Shown here: piece by piece, positions 1 to 9,326 of the stretch
Layout of the letters: every line of letters starts with the position of its first letter
Numbering within the stretch: the stretch's first letter is position 1
DNA from: Alphaproteobacteria bacterium
Lineage (GTDB): Bacteria; Pseudomonadota; Alphaproteobacteria; MPNO01; UBA2964
DNA: 64,000 nucleotides
Assembly (NCBI GenBank): GCA_049602055.1
Contig: JBMYRG010000013.1
Location: 12,384 to 76,383, forward strand
Direction of reading: 5' to 3'
Notes under the pieces: generated by a model
The model's input: the letters and a program-made list of their open reading frames with translations, nothing else
Databases searched by the model: none
What the model was told of the DNA's origin: nothing
Position numbers and translations under genes: made by a program

Positions 1-753
1 TATTTGGTGCCGACTATCTTTGGTCCCTGGTCAGAAGCCATGATTGACCATGCACGTACTGAAGAAAATCATCGACTTCTCGATGTTGGTTGTGGCAGTG
101 GCGCGGCCGCGCGCTATGCCGCCCAAATCGTGGGTACCGGCGGTTCAGTCTCCGCGATTGATTTCAATGCTGGCATGATCGCTCATGCCCGTACGCTTGA
201 TCCCAATAGGCGGATCGATTGGCAACAGGGCGATGTGACGGATATGCCCTACAACGATGGTGCCTTCGATATTGTGGCCGGCAATCAACTTTTGCAGTTT
301 CTCCCAGATAAAGAAAAGGGCTTATCTGAAATGAAGCGGGTACTAACAGACAAAGGACGGCTCGCATTAACAGTCTATTGCGCACCACATCGAAACCCCG
401 CCCATGCCGCGGTCGCCACGTCCCTGGAAAAACATGGCATCGATGCCAAAGGCGTTGTTCACCCGTTTTCTTTTGGTGACCCAGTAATGTTGGGTGACCT
501 TCTTCAGGATGCCGGCTTCAAAGATGTTTCTGTCGTTCGCAAACAGATGGATAGCTACTTCCCGTCGGCGGAGAACTTCATTGAATGTCTGGCTGCAGGG
601 GGACCATCCTCACGACACGCGCTCGAGCAGCTTGATGCTGACGGACTAAAGAGCCTGAAGGCTGAAGTGACGGAAACGCTCGCCGAATTCGTCGACCCTA
701 AAAAAGGTCTGCGCGTAATTACCGCCGCAAATATGGCACTGGCGTGCGCCTAA
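1..753 (+). CDS. Class I SAM-dependent methyltransferase (UbiE/COQ5-like); the 5' end is probably truncated by the window edge
   Basis: The ORF is open to position 1. It carries the SAM-binding motif LDVGCGSGAAA followed by the acidic loop IDFNAGMI. First Met in frame is at position 4. Confidence 0.75.
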   Translation, partial: YLVPTIFGPWSEAMIDHARTEENHRLLDVGCGSGAAARYAAQIVGTGGSVSAIDFNAGMIAHARTLDPNRRIDWQQGDVTDMPYNDGAFDIVAGNQLLQFLPDKEKGLSEMKRVLTDKGRLALTVYCAPHRNPAHAAVATSLEKHGIDAKGVVHPFSFGDPVMLGDLLQDAGFKDVSVVRKQMDSYFPSAENFIECLAAGGPSSRHALEQLDADGLKSLKAEVTETLAEFVDPKKGLRVITAANMALACA

Positions 754-1469
754 ATGGGATTTAATTTCGCTCTTTGAATCACTTTAGAGTATTGCATCGA
801 CAAGACATCAGAGGCGCTGTTCGTTCCGTTCGTGCAGGAATGGCACATATTCCAGCTACCCAACCGCGGTTCGTGAATGTCAAAAGCCTCGTGGAAATCT
901 TCAATTTCCTGCTGAGTCACCGGCGTCAATTGCGCGCCACCCAAAAACAGTTTCTGCATCATGTTATCATCGCCATTAGAGAGACGTTTGAGAATGGCAA
1001 GTGTTCCCCGATGATATCGATTTGCCCTTTCATAATGGGCGTTAACGCAGCACACCGGATATCCGAGAAGCTGCGCCTCTTCGGTCATCGACAGACGACC
1101 AGATGCTGCGTTTATACGACGCACGGACATCTCAACGGCATCATCCCTGTAGATATACCAGGCCCGATATGGCTCAAGCTGCGCCCGACTTTTCTCGGCA
1201 TACCATTCAGGAAATTCGCCATAGTCGGTGGCGTCCCAAAAGGGGCCCACAATAACGCGGAGCCCAAGGTCACCCGCGATTCCCAAAACCTCCTCAATCC
1301 AGATCGGCGGTGCCAGACCGCGTCCGTGCAGGAATACTGGCTTAATACCCTCTAACATGGCGAGAAAATCATGTATTTCCGCGACCAGCTCGCGTCGGTC
1401 TGCAGTGTCATCCTGCTTTTTTAAAAGCGCCGACAATTTTTGCCCGGTCTCGATAAGTACGCTTGTCAT
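750..1469 (-). CDS. Hypothetical protein (about 240 aa). The start was moved to the MTSVLIETGQ Met so it does not overlap the divergent tauD-like gene.
   Basis: Long minus-strand ORF 750..1688. The internal ATG at 1469 (MTSVLIETGQKL...) removes the overlap with the gene starting at 1570. I recognised no family. Confidence 0.4.
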   Translation of the reverse strand: MTSVLIETGQKLSALLKKQDDTADRRELVAEIHDFLAMLEGIKPVFLHGRGLAPPIWIEEVLGIAGDLGLRVIVGPFWDATDYGEFPEWYAEKSRAQLEPYRAWYIYRDDAVEMSVRRINAASGRLSMTEEAQLLGYPVCCVNAHYERANRYHRGTLAILKRLSNGDDNMMQKLFLGGAQLTPVTQQEIEDFHEAFDIHEPRLGSWNMCHSCTNGTNSASDVLSMQYSKVIQRAKLNPI

Positions 1470-1569
1470 AAGAAATTCTGATGAATTAGATTGTGCTACA
1501 CTCGCTGGAATCAGGTAAACCTTGCAGCTATAATAAAGCGACACAAGAAACTTCAGGATACAGGCAGCT

Positions 1570-2442
1570 ATGGCTAGCGTTTTAAAATCGCAAATCTCCT
1601 TTACGCCCCTATCAGGGGCGCTTGGCGCAAGGGTCACTGGTATCGACATCAGTAAGCCACTCAATGCAGAGACAGTCTCGCTCCTCACTCAGGCTTGGCA
1701 TGATCACATTGTCCTGATCTTCCCTGACCAGGACCTCACACAGGATCAACAGCTTACTTTCGCCCGAAATTTCGGAGATACCGGGACCCGGTCACGTCGT
1801 GCAGAAGAGCGCCCTGAAGGTGCCGATTACAATGCCGCCATAATGCTAGTTACCAATGTCAAAGATGAAACAGGCAAATATGTAGGCTCCTTGCCTGATG
1901 GCGAAATGTATTTCCATCATGACATGTGCTACATGCCCAAGCCCCATAAAGGCACCATGCTGTATGCTATCGACCTCCCCTCGACGGGCGGGAATACGCG
2001 CTTTTCCAATATGTACCGGGCTTATGAACAGATCCCCGAAGAACTAAAAAAGCAGTTGAAAGGCCGCACGGCATTGCAGGTCTATGATTATCACATGACA
2101 GAAACCGTCGACATTGATGGCGACCTGACGGGCATTCACAACAAGTCGCAACCAATCTTTGTCAGACATCCTGAGACCGGGCGGACGGCACTTTACGTCA
2201 ACAGGCTCATGACCGCTAAAATTGATGACATCCCTCGCGACGAAAGTGATGCAATTTTAGAGGAGCTTTATGCAATCAGCGAAGCGCCTGAAAACTATTA
2301 CGAACATGTCTGGACTAAGGGTGAATTGGCAATGTGGGACAATTACTGCTCCTGCCATGCGCGAACTGACTTCCCCGCCACAGAACGGCGGTTGCTGCGG
2401 CGCTGCACGCTTCTAGGCGAAGAAATGATCCCGGCAACCTAA
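1570..2442 (+). CDS. TauD/TfdA-family Fe(II)/2-oxoglutarate dioxygenase (paralog 1)
   Basis: The N-terminus has the 'GA..TGIDI' pattern. The iron-binding HHD is followed by 'DLPSTGGNTRFSNMYRAY', and the C-terminal motif is 'WDNYCSCHARTDF'. Length is about 290 aa. Confidence 0.85.
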   Translation: MASVLKSQISFTPLSGALGARVTGIDISKPLNAETVSLLTQAWHDHIVLIFPDQDLTQDQQLTFARNFGDTGTRSRRAEERPEGADYNAAIMLVTNVKDETGKYVGSLPDGEMYFHHDMCYMPKPHKGTMLYAIDLPSTGGNTRFSNMYRAYEQIPEELKKQLKGRTALQVYDYHMTETVDIDGDLTGIHNKSQPIFVRHPETGRTALYVNRLMTAKIDDIPRDESDAILEELYAISEAPENYYEHVWTKGELAMWDNYCSCHARTDFPATERRLLRRCTLLGEEMIPAT

Positions 2443-2479
2443 ATAGAGCCAAATTACTTTATCGAATAATGAGCCCCCG

Positions 2480-3337
2480 ATGACACTCACTATCACTCCG
2501 TTTGATGCACCGATTGGTGCCGAAGTAACCGGCATTGATTTGCGCAATACACTCGACAAACCCACTGTCGATAAAATTTATCAGGCTTGGTTGGATCATA
2601 TCGTTTTGATATTCCGGGGTCAGTCTTTGTCAAAGGACGAACAGGTTGCCTTCGCCAATCAATTTGGCGATGTCGGCATCAGGGCAACACCGAAGGAAGT
2701 ACAAAACGAGGTCGCCAACGGTTATGACGGCAGCATCATGCTGGTTACCAATCAGCGCGATGAAAACGGAAACTATATAGGCTCATTGCAGGACGGAGAA
2801 ATGTGGTTTCACCACGATATGAGCTATCGGCCGGAACCCCATAAAGCCACGTTACTCCATGCGCTTGAGCTGCCCTCCACTGGCGGCAACACTAAGTTCG
2901 CCAACCAGTATCTGGCCTACGAAAATATTCCCGATAACATCAAGGAACGGCTTCGGGGGCGCAAAGTCCTGCAAGCCTATAATTTTACGATGTTGGAAAA
3001 AGTCGACCTCGAAAAAGGTCTCGATGGCATTCAGCATCAATGGCAACCGATCTTTGTCAAACACCCGGAAACCGGGAAAACAGCTCTCTACGTCAGTCGT
3101 TTGATTTCTGCAGTGATCGAAGATCTTCCCCGAGAAGAAAGCGACGACCTCCTTGGCCAGCTGATCGAAATCGCCGAAGATCCAGCCGTGGTCTATGAAC
3201 ATGTCTGGCAGCAAGGCGACCTCGCGATGTGGGATAATCGGTGTTCAACTCATGCTCGAACAGACTTTCCTGCCGAAGAGACTCGCCTGTTACGGCGCTG
3301 CACCCTTGAAGGCGCCCCAATGATTGGGGCTGCCTGA
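2480..3337 (+). CDS. TauD/TfdA-family Fe(II)/2-oxoglutarate dioxygenase (paralog 2, tandem duplicate)
   Basis: About 50-55% identical to the previous ORF. It carries the same HHD...LPSTGGNTKF...WDNRCSTHARTDF motifs. It lies 37 bp downstream on the same strand. Confidence 0.85.
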   Translation: MTLTITPFDAPIGAEVTGIDLRNTLDKPTVDKIYQAWLDHIVLIFRGQSLSKDEQVAFANQFGDVGIRATPKEVQNEVANGYDGSIMLVTNQRDENGNYIGSLQDGEMWFHHDMSYRPEPHKATLLHALELPSTGGNTKFANQYLAYENIPDNIKERLRGRKVLQAYNFTMLEKVDLEKGLDGIQHQWQPIFVKHPETGKTALYVSRLISAVIEDLPREESDDLLGQLIEIAEDPAVVYEHVWQQGDLAMWDNRCSTHARTDFPAEETRLLRRCTLEGAPMIGAA

Positions 3338-3424
3338 TAACGAGACGGGGTTTCGCTATATCGGACTGAGTGATAGTTTTGCGCTAATTAATAACTCTTA
3401 AATAGGCGCAAGGAGACCCGGTTC

Positions 3425-4201
3425 ATGCCGACATTTGAATCCAACGGTGAACAAATCTTTTACGTGGATGAGGGCACCGGCCCGGCAATCCTGTTCATCC
3501 ATTCGCTCGGCACGAATAATTATCTCTATCGTGATCAGATCGCTGTCCTAAAGGCGGATTATCGTTGTATTGCTCCGGACTGTCGGGGACATGGTGCTTC
3601 TTCCTATAATGGTTCGTTCTCGCTAGAGGACATCGTCCAGGACCATAAAGCACTGCTCGATCACCTGAACATCGACAAATGCCATATCGTTGGACTCTCG
3701 ATGGGCGGCCCAATTGCCCTATGCCTAAACCAACTCAATCCTGATATCGCCCTATCGATGACCATTGCCGATAGTTTTGCGCGCCTTCGCGACGGCTCAG
3801 AAGACCGCATCTACGCTACGCAAGAGGCCGTCGCTTATCTCTCCATGCAGGAGTTTGGCAGCCAATATGCTGGAGACCGGCTGATGCCAACCACGCCGAT
3901 GGAAAAACTGGATGAGCTGGCCGAGGAAATCTCCAAGTGCCCACCGAAAGCTTACGTCGATACTATTCGGGGATTGCTAACCTATGATGCCAGTGGAGAT
4001 CTTTCCTTGGTGAGAGCGCCGACGATGGTGGTCATTGGAGATTCAGACGATGCGACACCGATGGCTGAATCTGAATTTATTCGCGACGGTATTGCTGGCT
4101 CGGAAATCAAAGTAATCCCCGATGCGGGTCATCTGTCAACAATCGATAGTCCGGAAGAATTTACAGCCGTCCTTAAAACGTTTCTTACCGCGCAGAGCTA
4201 G
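3425..4201 (+). CDS. Alpha/beta-fold hydrolase (3-oxoadipate enol-lactonase-like)
   Basis: Nucleophile-elbow motif GLSMGG, and an N-terminal 'ILFIHSLGTNNYLYRDQIAVL' typical of PcaD-like hydrolases. Length is 258 aa. Confidence 0.75.
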   Translation: MPTFESNGEQIFYVDEGTGPAILFIHSLGTNNYLYRDQIAVLKADYRCIAPDCRGHGASSYNGSFSLEDIVQDHKALLDHLNIDKCHIVGLSMGGPIALCLNQLNPDIALSMTIADSFARLRDGSEDRIYATQEAVAYLSMQEFGSQYAGDRLMPTTPMEKLDELAEEISKCPPKAYVDTIRGLLTYDASGDLSLVRAPTMVVIGDSDDATPMAESEFIRDGIAGSEIKVIPDAGHLSTIDSPEEFTAVLKTFLTAQS

Positions 4202-4219
4202 AGCTCACCAGGAGGGTAA

Positions 4220-5062
4220 ATGCCCAAGGTCCTAAGCGAAGAACAAGTAGCCGAGTATCACGAAAACGGGTTTGTGACCCCCGTCCCCATTTTCAATGCT
4301 GAGGAGGTAGCTGCTTGCCGTGCCAATGTCGAAGATACTGAAGCAACGATGGGCAAGTTTTTCCGTGGGCTGGGGCAGACTAAATTCTATCTTCGTTTTC
4401 CTTGGGCGTTTGAAATGGCGACCCATCCCAAACTGCTCGATGCTGTCGAAGACCTAATTGGTCCCAACATCATGATCTATCACAATACGGCGTGGATTAA
4501 GGAACCCAGCGATGACGCCTATGTTAGCTGGCATCAGGACAATACCTATTTCGGCCATGATCCCTGCGAGGTGTTAACAGCCTGGATTGCCCTGTCCCCC
4601 GCCACCGAGCAGAGCGGCTGTATGCAATTTCTCCCCGGGACGCAAAAGGGGGGACTTCGTGATTTAAAAGCGCCCGATATCGGCAATGGTAATATGCTAT
4701 CGAGTGGTCAAAACGTGGATATAAGCGGAGATAATATCGATCCGGTTTCGGTCGAACTACAGCCGGGCGAAGCCTCTATCCACCATGCCTTTCTTGTACA
4801 TGGTTCTCTGCCGAATAAAGGTGATGACCGGCGCATGGGCATTACCTTTATCTACCATCCGCCACATCTTGGTCAGATCGGGGAAGGCCGGACGAGCGCC
4901 TTACTTGTTCGCGGGGAGGACAGGTTTGGAAATTTTGATCACGAACAAGCGCCCGTGCCCGACGACGATGAGGGCAATGCTATTCGTCACGAACAGGCTG
5001 TTACTGCATATCGCAGGAAAGTCCGTGAACTTGGCAATGCAACAGTAGACCGTTTCGATTAA
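4220..5062 (+). CDS. Phytanoyl-CoA dioxygenase (PhyH)-family Fe(II)/2OG oxygenase
   Basis: Motifs 'WHQDNTYF' and 'HHAFLVHGSLPN' (HxD...H facial triad). Length is 280 aa. An RBS 'aggaggg' precedes the ATG. Confidence 0.75.
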   Translation: MPKVLSEEQVAEYHENGFVTPVPIFNAEEVAACRANVEDTEATMGKFFRGLGQTKFYLRFPWAFEMATHPKLLDAVEDLIGPNIMIYHNTAWIKEPSDDAYVSWHQDNTYFGHDPCEVLTAWIALSPATEQSGCMQFLPGTQKGGLRDLKAPDIGNGNMLSSGQNVDISGDNIDPVSVELQPGEASIHHAFLVHGSLPNKGDDRRMGITFIYHPPHLGQIGEGRTSALLVRGEDRFGNFDHEQAPVPDDDEGNAIRHEQAVTAYRRKVRELGNATVDRFD

Positions 5063-5064
5063 GG

Positions 5065-5910
5065 CTAGTCCGGTTCCGATACCGTATAGCGCCGTAACAA
5101 TCGACGTTGATCCGCTGGGAAATCATTGCGCGCGTGATTGACGCTACGATTGTCCCAAATCACTAAATCACCGGGTTTCCAGCTATGGGCGTAAACGAAT
5201 TCCGTCCTCTCGCAGTGATCAAACAAAGATAGCAACAGGTCTTCGCTTTGTTCGTCATCCATGCCGACAATGTTGCAAGTCATTAATCGACTGACATAAA
5301 GCGATTTTCGTCCTGAATCAGGATGCACCTTTACCAGCGGGTGAATTGCATGGGAGACATCGTCATCGCGCCGCATCTCCTCACGCGTCGTCTTGTTGTA
5401 ATTGAAAACGTGTCGTGCCTCTAGCGTGTCGAGCAGTCCCCGTTGAGCTTCCGGTAGAGCCTCGTACGCAGCGGCCATCCCCGCGAACTTGGTTTCTCCA
5501 CCGACTGTTGGGACCTCGATGGCAAACAGAGTCGTTGCACGATAAGGCTTGTCGCGATGGGCACCATCCGAATGAAAATGCATTTCGCCATCTGGCAACA
5601 CGCCAATCGGCTTTCCATCCTCGCGAATATTGCTGACAAACATCACGCCGCGTTTGGATTGCTTGTTGTCAGGATCTTCTTTGGTCCGGTCAGCCGTATC
5701 AGCTCTGCCAAACAAAGCCGCAAAATCCGCCTGATTGTCGTTTGTGATCTCTTGCCCCGGGAAACACAGAACAGAATGTTCCGTAAAGGCCTCGCGAATT
5801 TGTTGCGCCATGTCTTCGCTAATCGGATCACGCAAATCGACCCCTGTCACGCGCGCCCCGACAGCAGGATGTACAGGTTTCACTGTCAATTTTGAGACCA
5901 CAGTAGCCAT
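5065..5910 (-). CDS. TauD/TfdA-family Fe(II)/2-oxoglutarate dioxygenase (paralog 3)
   Basis: Same motif set as the other paralogs (HSD...VPTVGGETKF...WDNRSVNHARNDF). The start is placed at MATVVSKL (5910), which has an upstream GAGGGA RBS. The ORF track extends it to 5934. Confidence 0.8.
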   Translation of the reverse strand: MATVVSKLTVKPVHPAVGARVTGVDLRDPISEDMAQQIREAFTEHSVLCFPGQEITNDNQADFAALFGRADTADRTKEDPDNKQSKRGVMFVSNIREDGKPIGVLPDGEMHFHSDGAHRDKPYRATTLFAIEVPTVGGETKFAGMAAAYEALPEAQRGLLDTLEARHVFNYNKTTREEMRRDDDVSHAIHPLVKVHPDSGRKSLYVSRLMTCNIVGMDDEQSEDLLLSLFDHCERTEFVYAHSWKPGDLVIWDNRSVNHARNDFPADQRRLLRRYTVSEPD

Positions 5911-6135
5911 AGTTCCCTCACCCGACTTCAACACGCACTGTTCTGCGCAACAATCAAAATACTAACCCGCTTTTAACAGTAAAACCCAGCGCTGCGATCA
6001 ATTTTCCCCTCATTTTTTTCCGTCATTCCGGGTTAACAGCGCGGTTTTGTTCGTCTAAGCTGATATCCGCGCAATATCGTAAAGGCCCTAAAAATTAATT
6101 ATCGGGGCAAATGAAACTAAAGGGAGGTATTTTTT

Positions 6136-7140
6136 ATGTTTAGTAAAATTTTGACTGGTGCAGTCGCCTTGAGTGCGGTTGCAATGGTTGCTGCTGTGCC
6201 AGCACAGGCGCAGAAATTTCCAAAGAAGAATATTACATTCCTGATCGCCTATGGTCCTGGCGGTGGTTTTGACACCATCACCCGTAAGCTCGCACCATAT
6301 TTGAAAAAACATCTTGGCGGTAAGGTCAATATTGTTCCGAAGAACCTGCCCGGTGGACGTGGCAAGAAAGCCGCTGCCTTCCTTGCAAAACGTAAGGCCG
6401 ACGGTTCGCACATCATGATGTTCAACATGCCCGGTCATGCCATGCCGAATATTATCGGTGAAGAAGCCGGTTATGATGTCCGTAAGATGGATTGGTTGGG
6501 TCGTGTCGCCCAGTTCCGTTACATCATTGTCGTCAGTGCCAAAAAGAGTAAATACCAGACGATCCAGGATGTGTTGAAAGCCAAAGATCAGATCAAAATT
6601 CCGATCACAGGCCCCGGCACAACGGGTTATCTCGCCAGCGCCATTCTTTGGAATGCCCTTGGCGTTCAACCAAAATACATCACCGGCTATAAATCAAGCT
6701 CGCGTTATTCGCTTGGTGTTATCCGCGGCGATGGCGATCTGACAATTCTGGCCAAAGGCAGCTTCAAAAAGTATGTCAGCAGCAAAAAGAAAAAGCAGGC
6801 TGCCTTTAAGGACCTGAAGCCAATCCTCGAGATCACCAACGGCAAGTCTGAGTTCGGTGTCCCGACAACTGGTGAAATGGGCCAGAAGGATCTTGCGATC
6901 CTCGGTGGTGATCGAGTTATCGGCACAACACCAGGGACCCCTAAAGCCATCAAGGACCGGTTGGCCAAAGCGGTTTGGGATTCAGTGACTGACCCGGAAT
7001 TCGTAGCCTGGGGTAAAAAGGTCGGTCGTCCGGTTGCACCTTTGAACGCCGCAGACGCGACGAAACTGGTTGGTCAACTTTACTCGTACTACGTCCAATA
7101 CAAGGATGTTCTTGCCGCGAGTAACAAGAAGACCAGATAA
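6136..7140 (+). CDS. tctC: Tripartite tricarboxylate transporter substrate-binding protein (TctC/Bug family)
   Basis: Signal peptide, then 'KFPKKNITFLIAYGPGGGFDTITR...NLPGGRGK...', which is characteristic of the TctC/Bug family. RBS is AAGGGAGG. Length is 334 aa. Confidence 0.85.
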   Translation: MFSKILTGAVALSAVAMVAAVPAQAQKFPKKNITFLIAYGPGGGFDTITRKLAPYLKKHLGGKVNIVPKNLPGGRGKKAAAFLAKRKADGSHIMMFNMPGHAMPNIIGEEAGYDVRKMDWLGRVAQFRYIIVVSAKKSKYQTIQDVLKAKDQIKIPITGPGTTGYLASAILWNALGVQPKYITGYKSSSRYSLGVIRGDGDLTILAKGSFKKYVSSKKKKQAAFKDLKPILEITNGKSEFGVPTTGEMGQKDLAILGGDRVIGTTPGTPKAIKDRLAKAVWDSVTDPEFVAWGKKVGRPVAPLNAADATKLVGQLYSYYVQYKDVLAASNKKTR

Positions 7141-7153
7141 ACTGTTGTTATCA

Positions 7154-7188
7154 ACGGCCGGTGCGCAAGCATCGGCCGTTTCCTTTCC
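7154..7188 (+). terminator. Rho-independent terminator or attenuator between tctC and tctA
   Basis: An 11-bp GC-rich stem (acggccggtgc / gcatcggccgt, with one G-U pair) and a GCAA tetraloop, followed by TTTCCTTTCC. Confidence 0.55.
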
Positions 7189-7286
7189 GCGCACACAACA
7201 AAACAGGCACATCAAGTGTGTGTGTGCGTGCGGACATTTCTGACAGACTTATAAGGCTAAGTTGATCACAGGGGGCAGAGAAATCC

Positions 7287-8798
7287 GTGTTTGATGCATT
7301 GTTTGAAGGAATCGTTAATCTCGGTTCCATCCATTCTCTATTGCTGTTGGCAGCCGGATCAGCGGTTGGATTATTATTTGGCGCCATCCCTGGCCTCGGT
7401 GGCACAACAGCCGTTGCACTCCTCATTCCACTGACCTTCGGCATGGAACCCTGGCAGGCCATCATTTTGATGGGTGGCGTTATGGCAGCCACATCCACTG
7501 GCGGGTCCGTCAGTGCCATTCTTCTAAACACGCCCGGCATTGCCCCGAATGCCGCCACGACTTTTGATGGCTACCCCTTAGCCCAACAGGGCAAAGCTGG
7601 CATGGCCATCGGTGCCGCGGCAACGGCTTCTGCCATGGGTGGCGTCATTGGCGTCATTTCACTAGTGGCAGTGATTCCGATCATGAAAGCGATCGTGCTT
7701 TTGTTCACCCCACCTGAATTTTTTATGCTGGCGATTTTTGGCATGTGCGCCATCGCGGTCTCGTCAGGAGACCGACTACTTCAAGGCCTGATTACCGCGA
7801 TCATTGGATTGATGGTCGGCTTTGTCGGTTATTACGATGTCACCAGTACCGTCCGATTTGACTTTGGTATCCCGCTCCTGGAGGATGGGATTAAATTAGT
7901 TCCGGCCCTGATCGGGCTCTTCGCCATTTCCGAAATGATCAACCTCGCCGTCAAAGGTGGCTCCATTTCTCAGGAAGCGGCAGATGTCGAGATCAGCGGT
8001 GTTTCCTCCGGTATCAAGGAAGTTTTCAAAAACTGGTCAACCACGCTCGTCGGCTCTGGCTATGGCACCTTTATTGGCGCCGTTCCCGGTGTCGGCGGTA
8101 CCGTCGCCGCCTTCCTGAGCTATTCAACCCAGGCCCAGCGCGACCCGACTCCCGATATCGAATACGGCAAGGGTAATATCAAAGGCGTGATCGCTCCCGA
8201 ATCTGCCAATAATGCGAAGGATGGGGGATCGTTGATCCCAACACTTGCCTTTGGTATTCCGGGGAGTGCGGAAACCGCCGTATTCCTCGGCGTTCTCATT
8301 TTACACGGTATCGAACCCGGACAAAAACTCCTGGAAGACCATCAGGATCTGGTCTTCACGCTGGTTGTTGCCCTTACAGTCTCGGCGATTTTCGCGACAA
8401 TTGTTGTTCTCCTATTAGCGAAGTATATGGCGTTGCTGACCCGGATCAGTGTTCATATGCTGATCCCAACCGTGACCGTCGTGGCGCTGGTTGGTGCCTT
8501 CGCCCTTAACACCGAAATCGGCGATGTCGTCATCGCGTTCATCTTTGCCTTTATCGGCTATTTTATGATCCGGTTTAACTATCCGCGGGTTACTTTTACA
8601 ATCGCCATCGTTCTTGGCAGTATCACCGAGCTGAGCTTCCATCAGTCGATGCTCATTTCTGACGATCAAATGTCGATCTTCTTTACGAGAGGGCTATCGC
8701 TCACATTGCTTGCTCTGACGATTTTGAGCCTCGCCTTCCCAACCTTCAGACGAAAGATGAAAGAAAGAAAAGAAGCTAAAATGGAGGCCGGACAATGA
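7287..8798 (+). CDS. tctA: Tripartite tricarboxylate transporter large permease (TctA family)
   Basis: 503 aa polytopic membrane protein. Gly-rich repeated 'PGLGGT / PGVGGT' motifs are typical of TctA. Confidence 0.9.
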   Translation: MFDALFEGIVNLGSIHSLLLLAAGSAVGLLFGAIPGLGGTTAVALLIPLTFGMEPWQAIILMGGVMAATSTGGSVSAILLNTPGIAPNAATTFDGYPLAQQGKAGMAIGAAATASAMGGVIGVISLVAVIPIMKAIVLLFTPPEFFMLAIFGMCAIAVSSGDRLLQGLITAIIGLMVGFVGYYDVTSTVRFDFGIPLLEDGIKLVPALIGLFAISEMINLAVKGGSISQEAADVEISGVSSGIKEVFKNWSTTLVGSGYGTFIGAVPGVGGTVAAFLSYSTQAQRDPTPDIEYGKGNIKGVIAPESANNAKDGGSLIPTLAFGIPGSAETAVFLGVLILHGIEPGQKLLEDHQDLVFTLVVALTVSAIFATIVVLLLAKYMALLTRISVHMLIPTVTVVALVGAFALNTEIGDVVIAFIFAFIGYFMIRFNYPRVTFTIAIVLGSITELSFHQSMLISDDQMSIFFTRGLSLTLLALTILSLAFPTFRRKMKERKEAKMEAGQ

Positions 8799-9298
8799 GA
8801 ATACCCGAGCACAGAAGGCCTTCAGCACTTTATATTCTCATAATTCTAGCTATCGTCGTCCTGTTTATCGCCACAAGCTATCAGTACAAAGTTACTGATC
8901 GGATGTTTCCGTTGATGGTGGGATATTTTGCCATACCACTCTTGATCATGGATTTACTTGCCCTGACCGATAGTAAGGTTGGCGAAAAAATTTCAATTTT
9001 CTTTTCCGCCAAGACGCCGGAAAAGGTCGATGAAGATGCCGATCCAACCGTCCGCACGCTGTCACAGGAACTTAGGATCTTTATGTGGATGGGTGCCCTT
9101 GTCCTGGGTATTTATCTGATTGGCTTTTTGCCCTGCACGCCGGTCTTTGTTTATTGCTGGATGAAATATCGCGGCGGATATTCTGTACGCGAGAGTGCCT
9201 ATCTGGCGATCGGCACCATCGTATTCGTCTACGTCCTGTTCGAAATAATTCTGCAGTACGAATTATATCCGGGCATCTTCCTGTACTGGTACGGCTGA
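8795..9298 (+). CDS. tctB: Tripartite tricarboxylate transporter small permease (TctB-like)
   Basis: 167 aa protein with four TM segments. It overlaps the tctA stop with an ATGA arrangement, which suggests translational coupling. Confidence 0.65.
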   Translation: MRIPEHRRPSALYILIILAIVVLFIATSYQYKVTDRMFPLMVGYFAIPLLIMDLLALTDSKVGEKISIFFSAKTPEKVDEDADPTVRTLSQELRIFMWMGALVLGIYLIGFLPCTPVFVYCWMKYRGGYSVRESAYLAIGTIVFVYVLFEIILQYELYPGIFLYWYG

Positions 9299-9326
9299 GC
9301 GGGCGGCATATCGCGCGCCGTCCGAG

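Noticed and set aside
6088-6669. 193-aa minus-strand ORF overlapping tctC, and many similar antisense or shadow ORFs in the track (for example 774..1355, 9768..10070, 12319..12891, 24382..25290, 56xxx minus)
   Set aside because: They lie entirely inside well-supported genes on the opposite strand or in another frame. They lack recognisable motifs. They are typical of GC-rich shadow ORFs.
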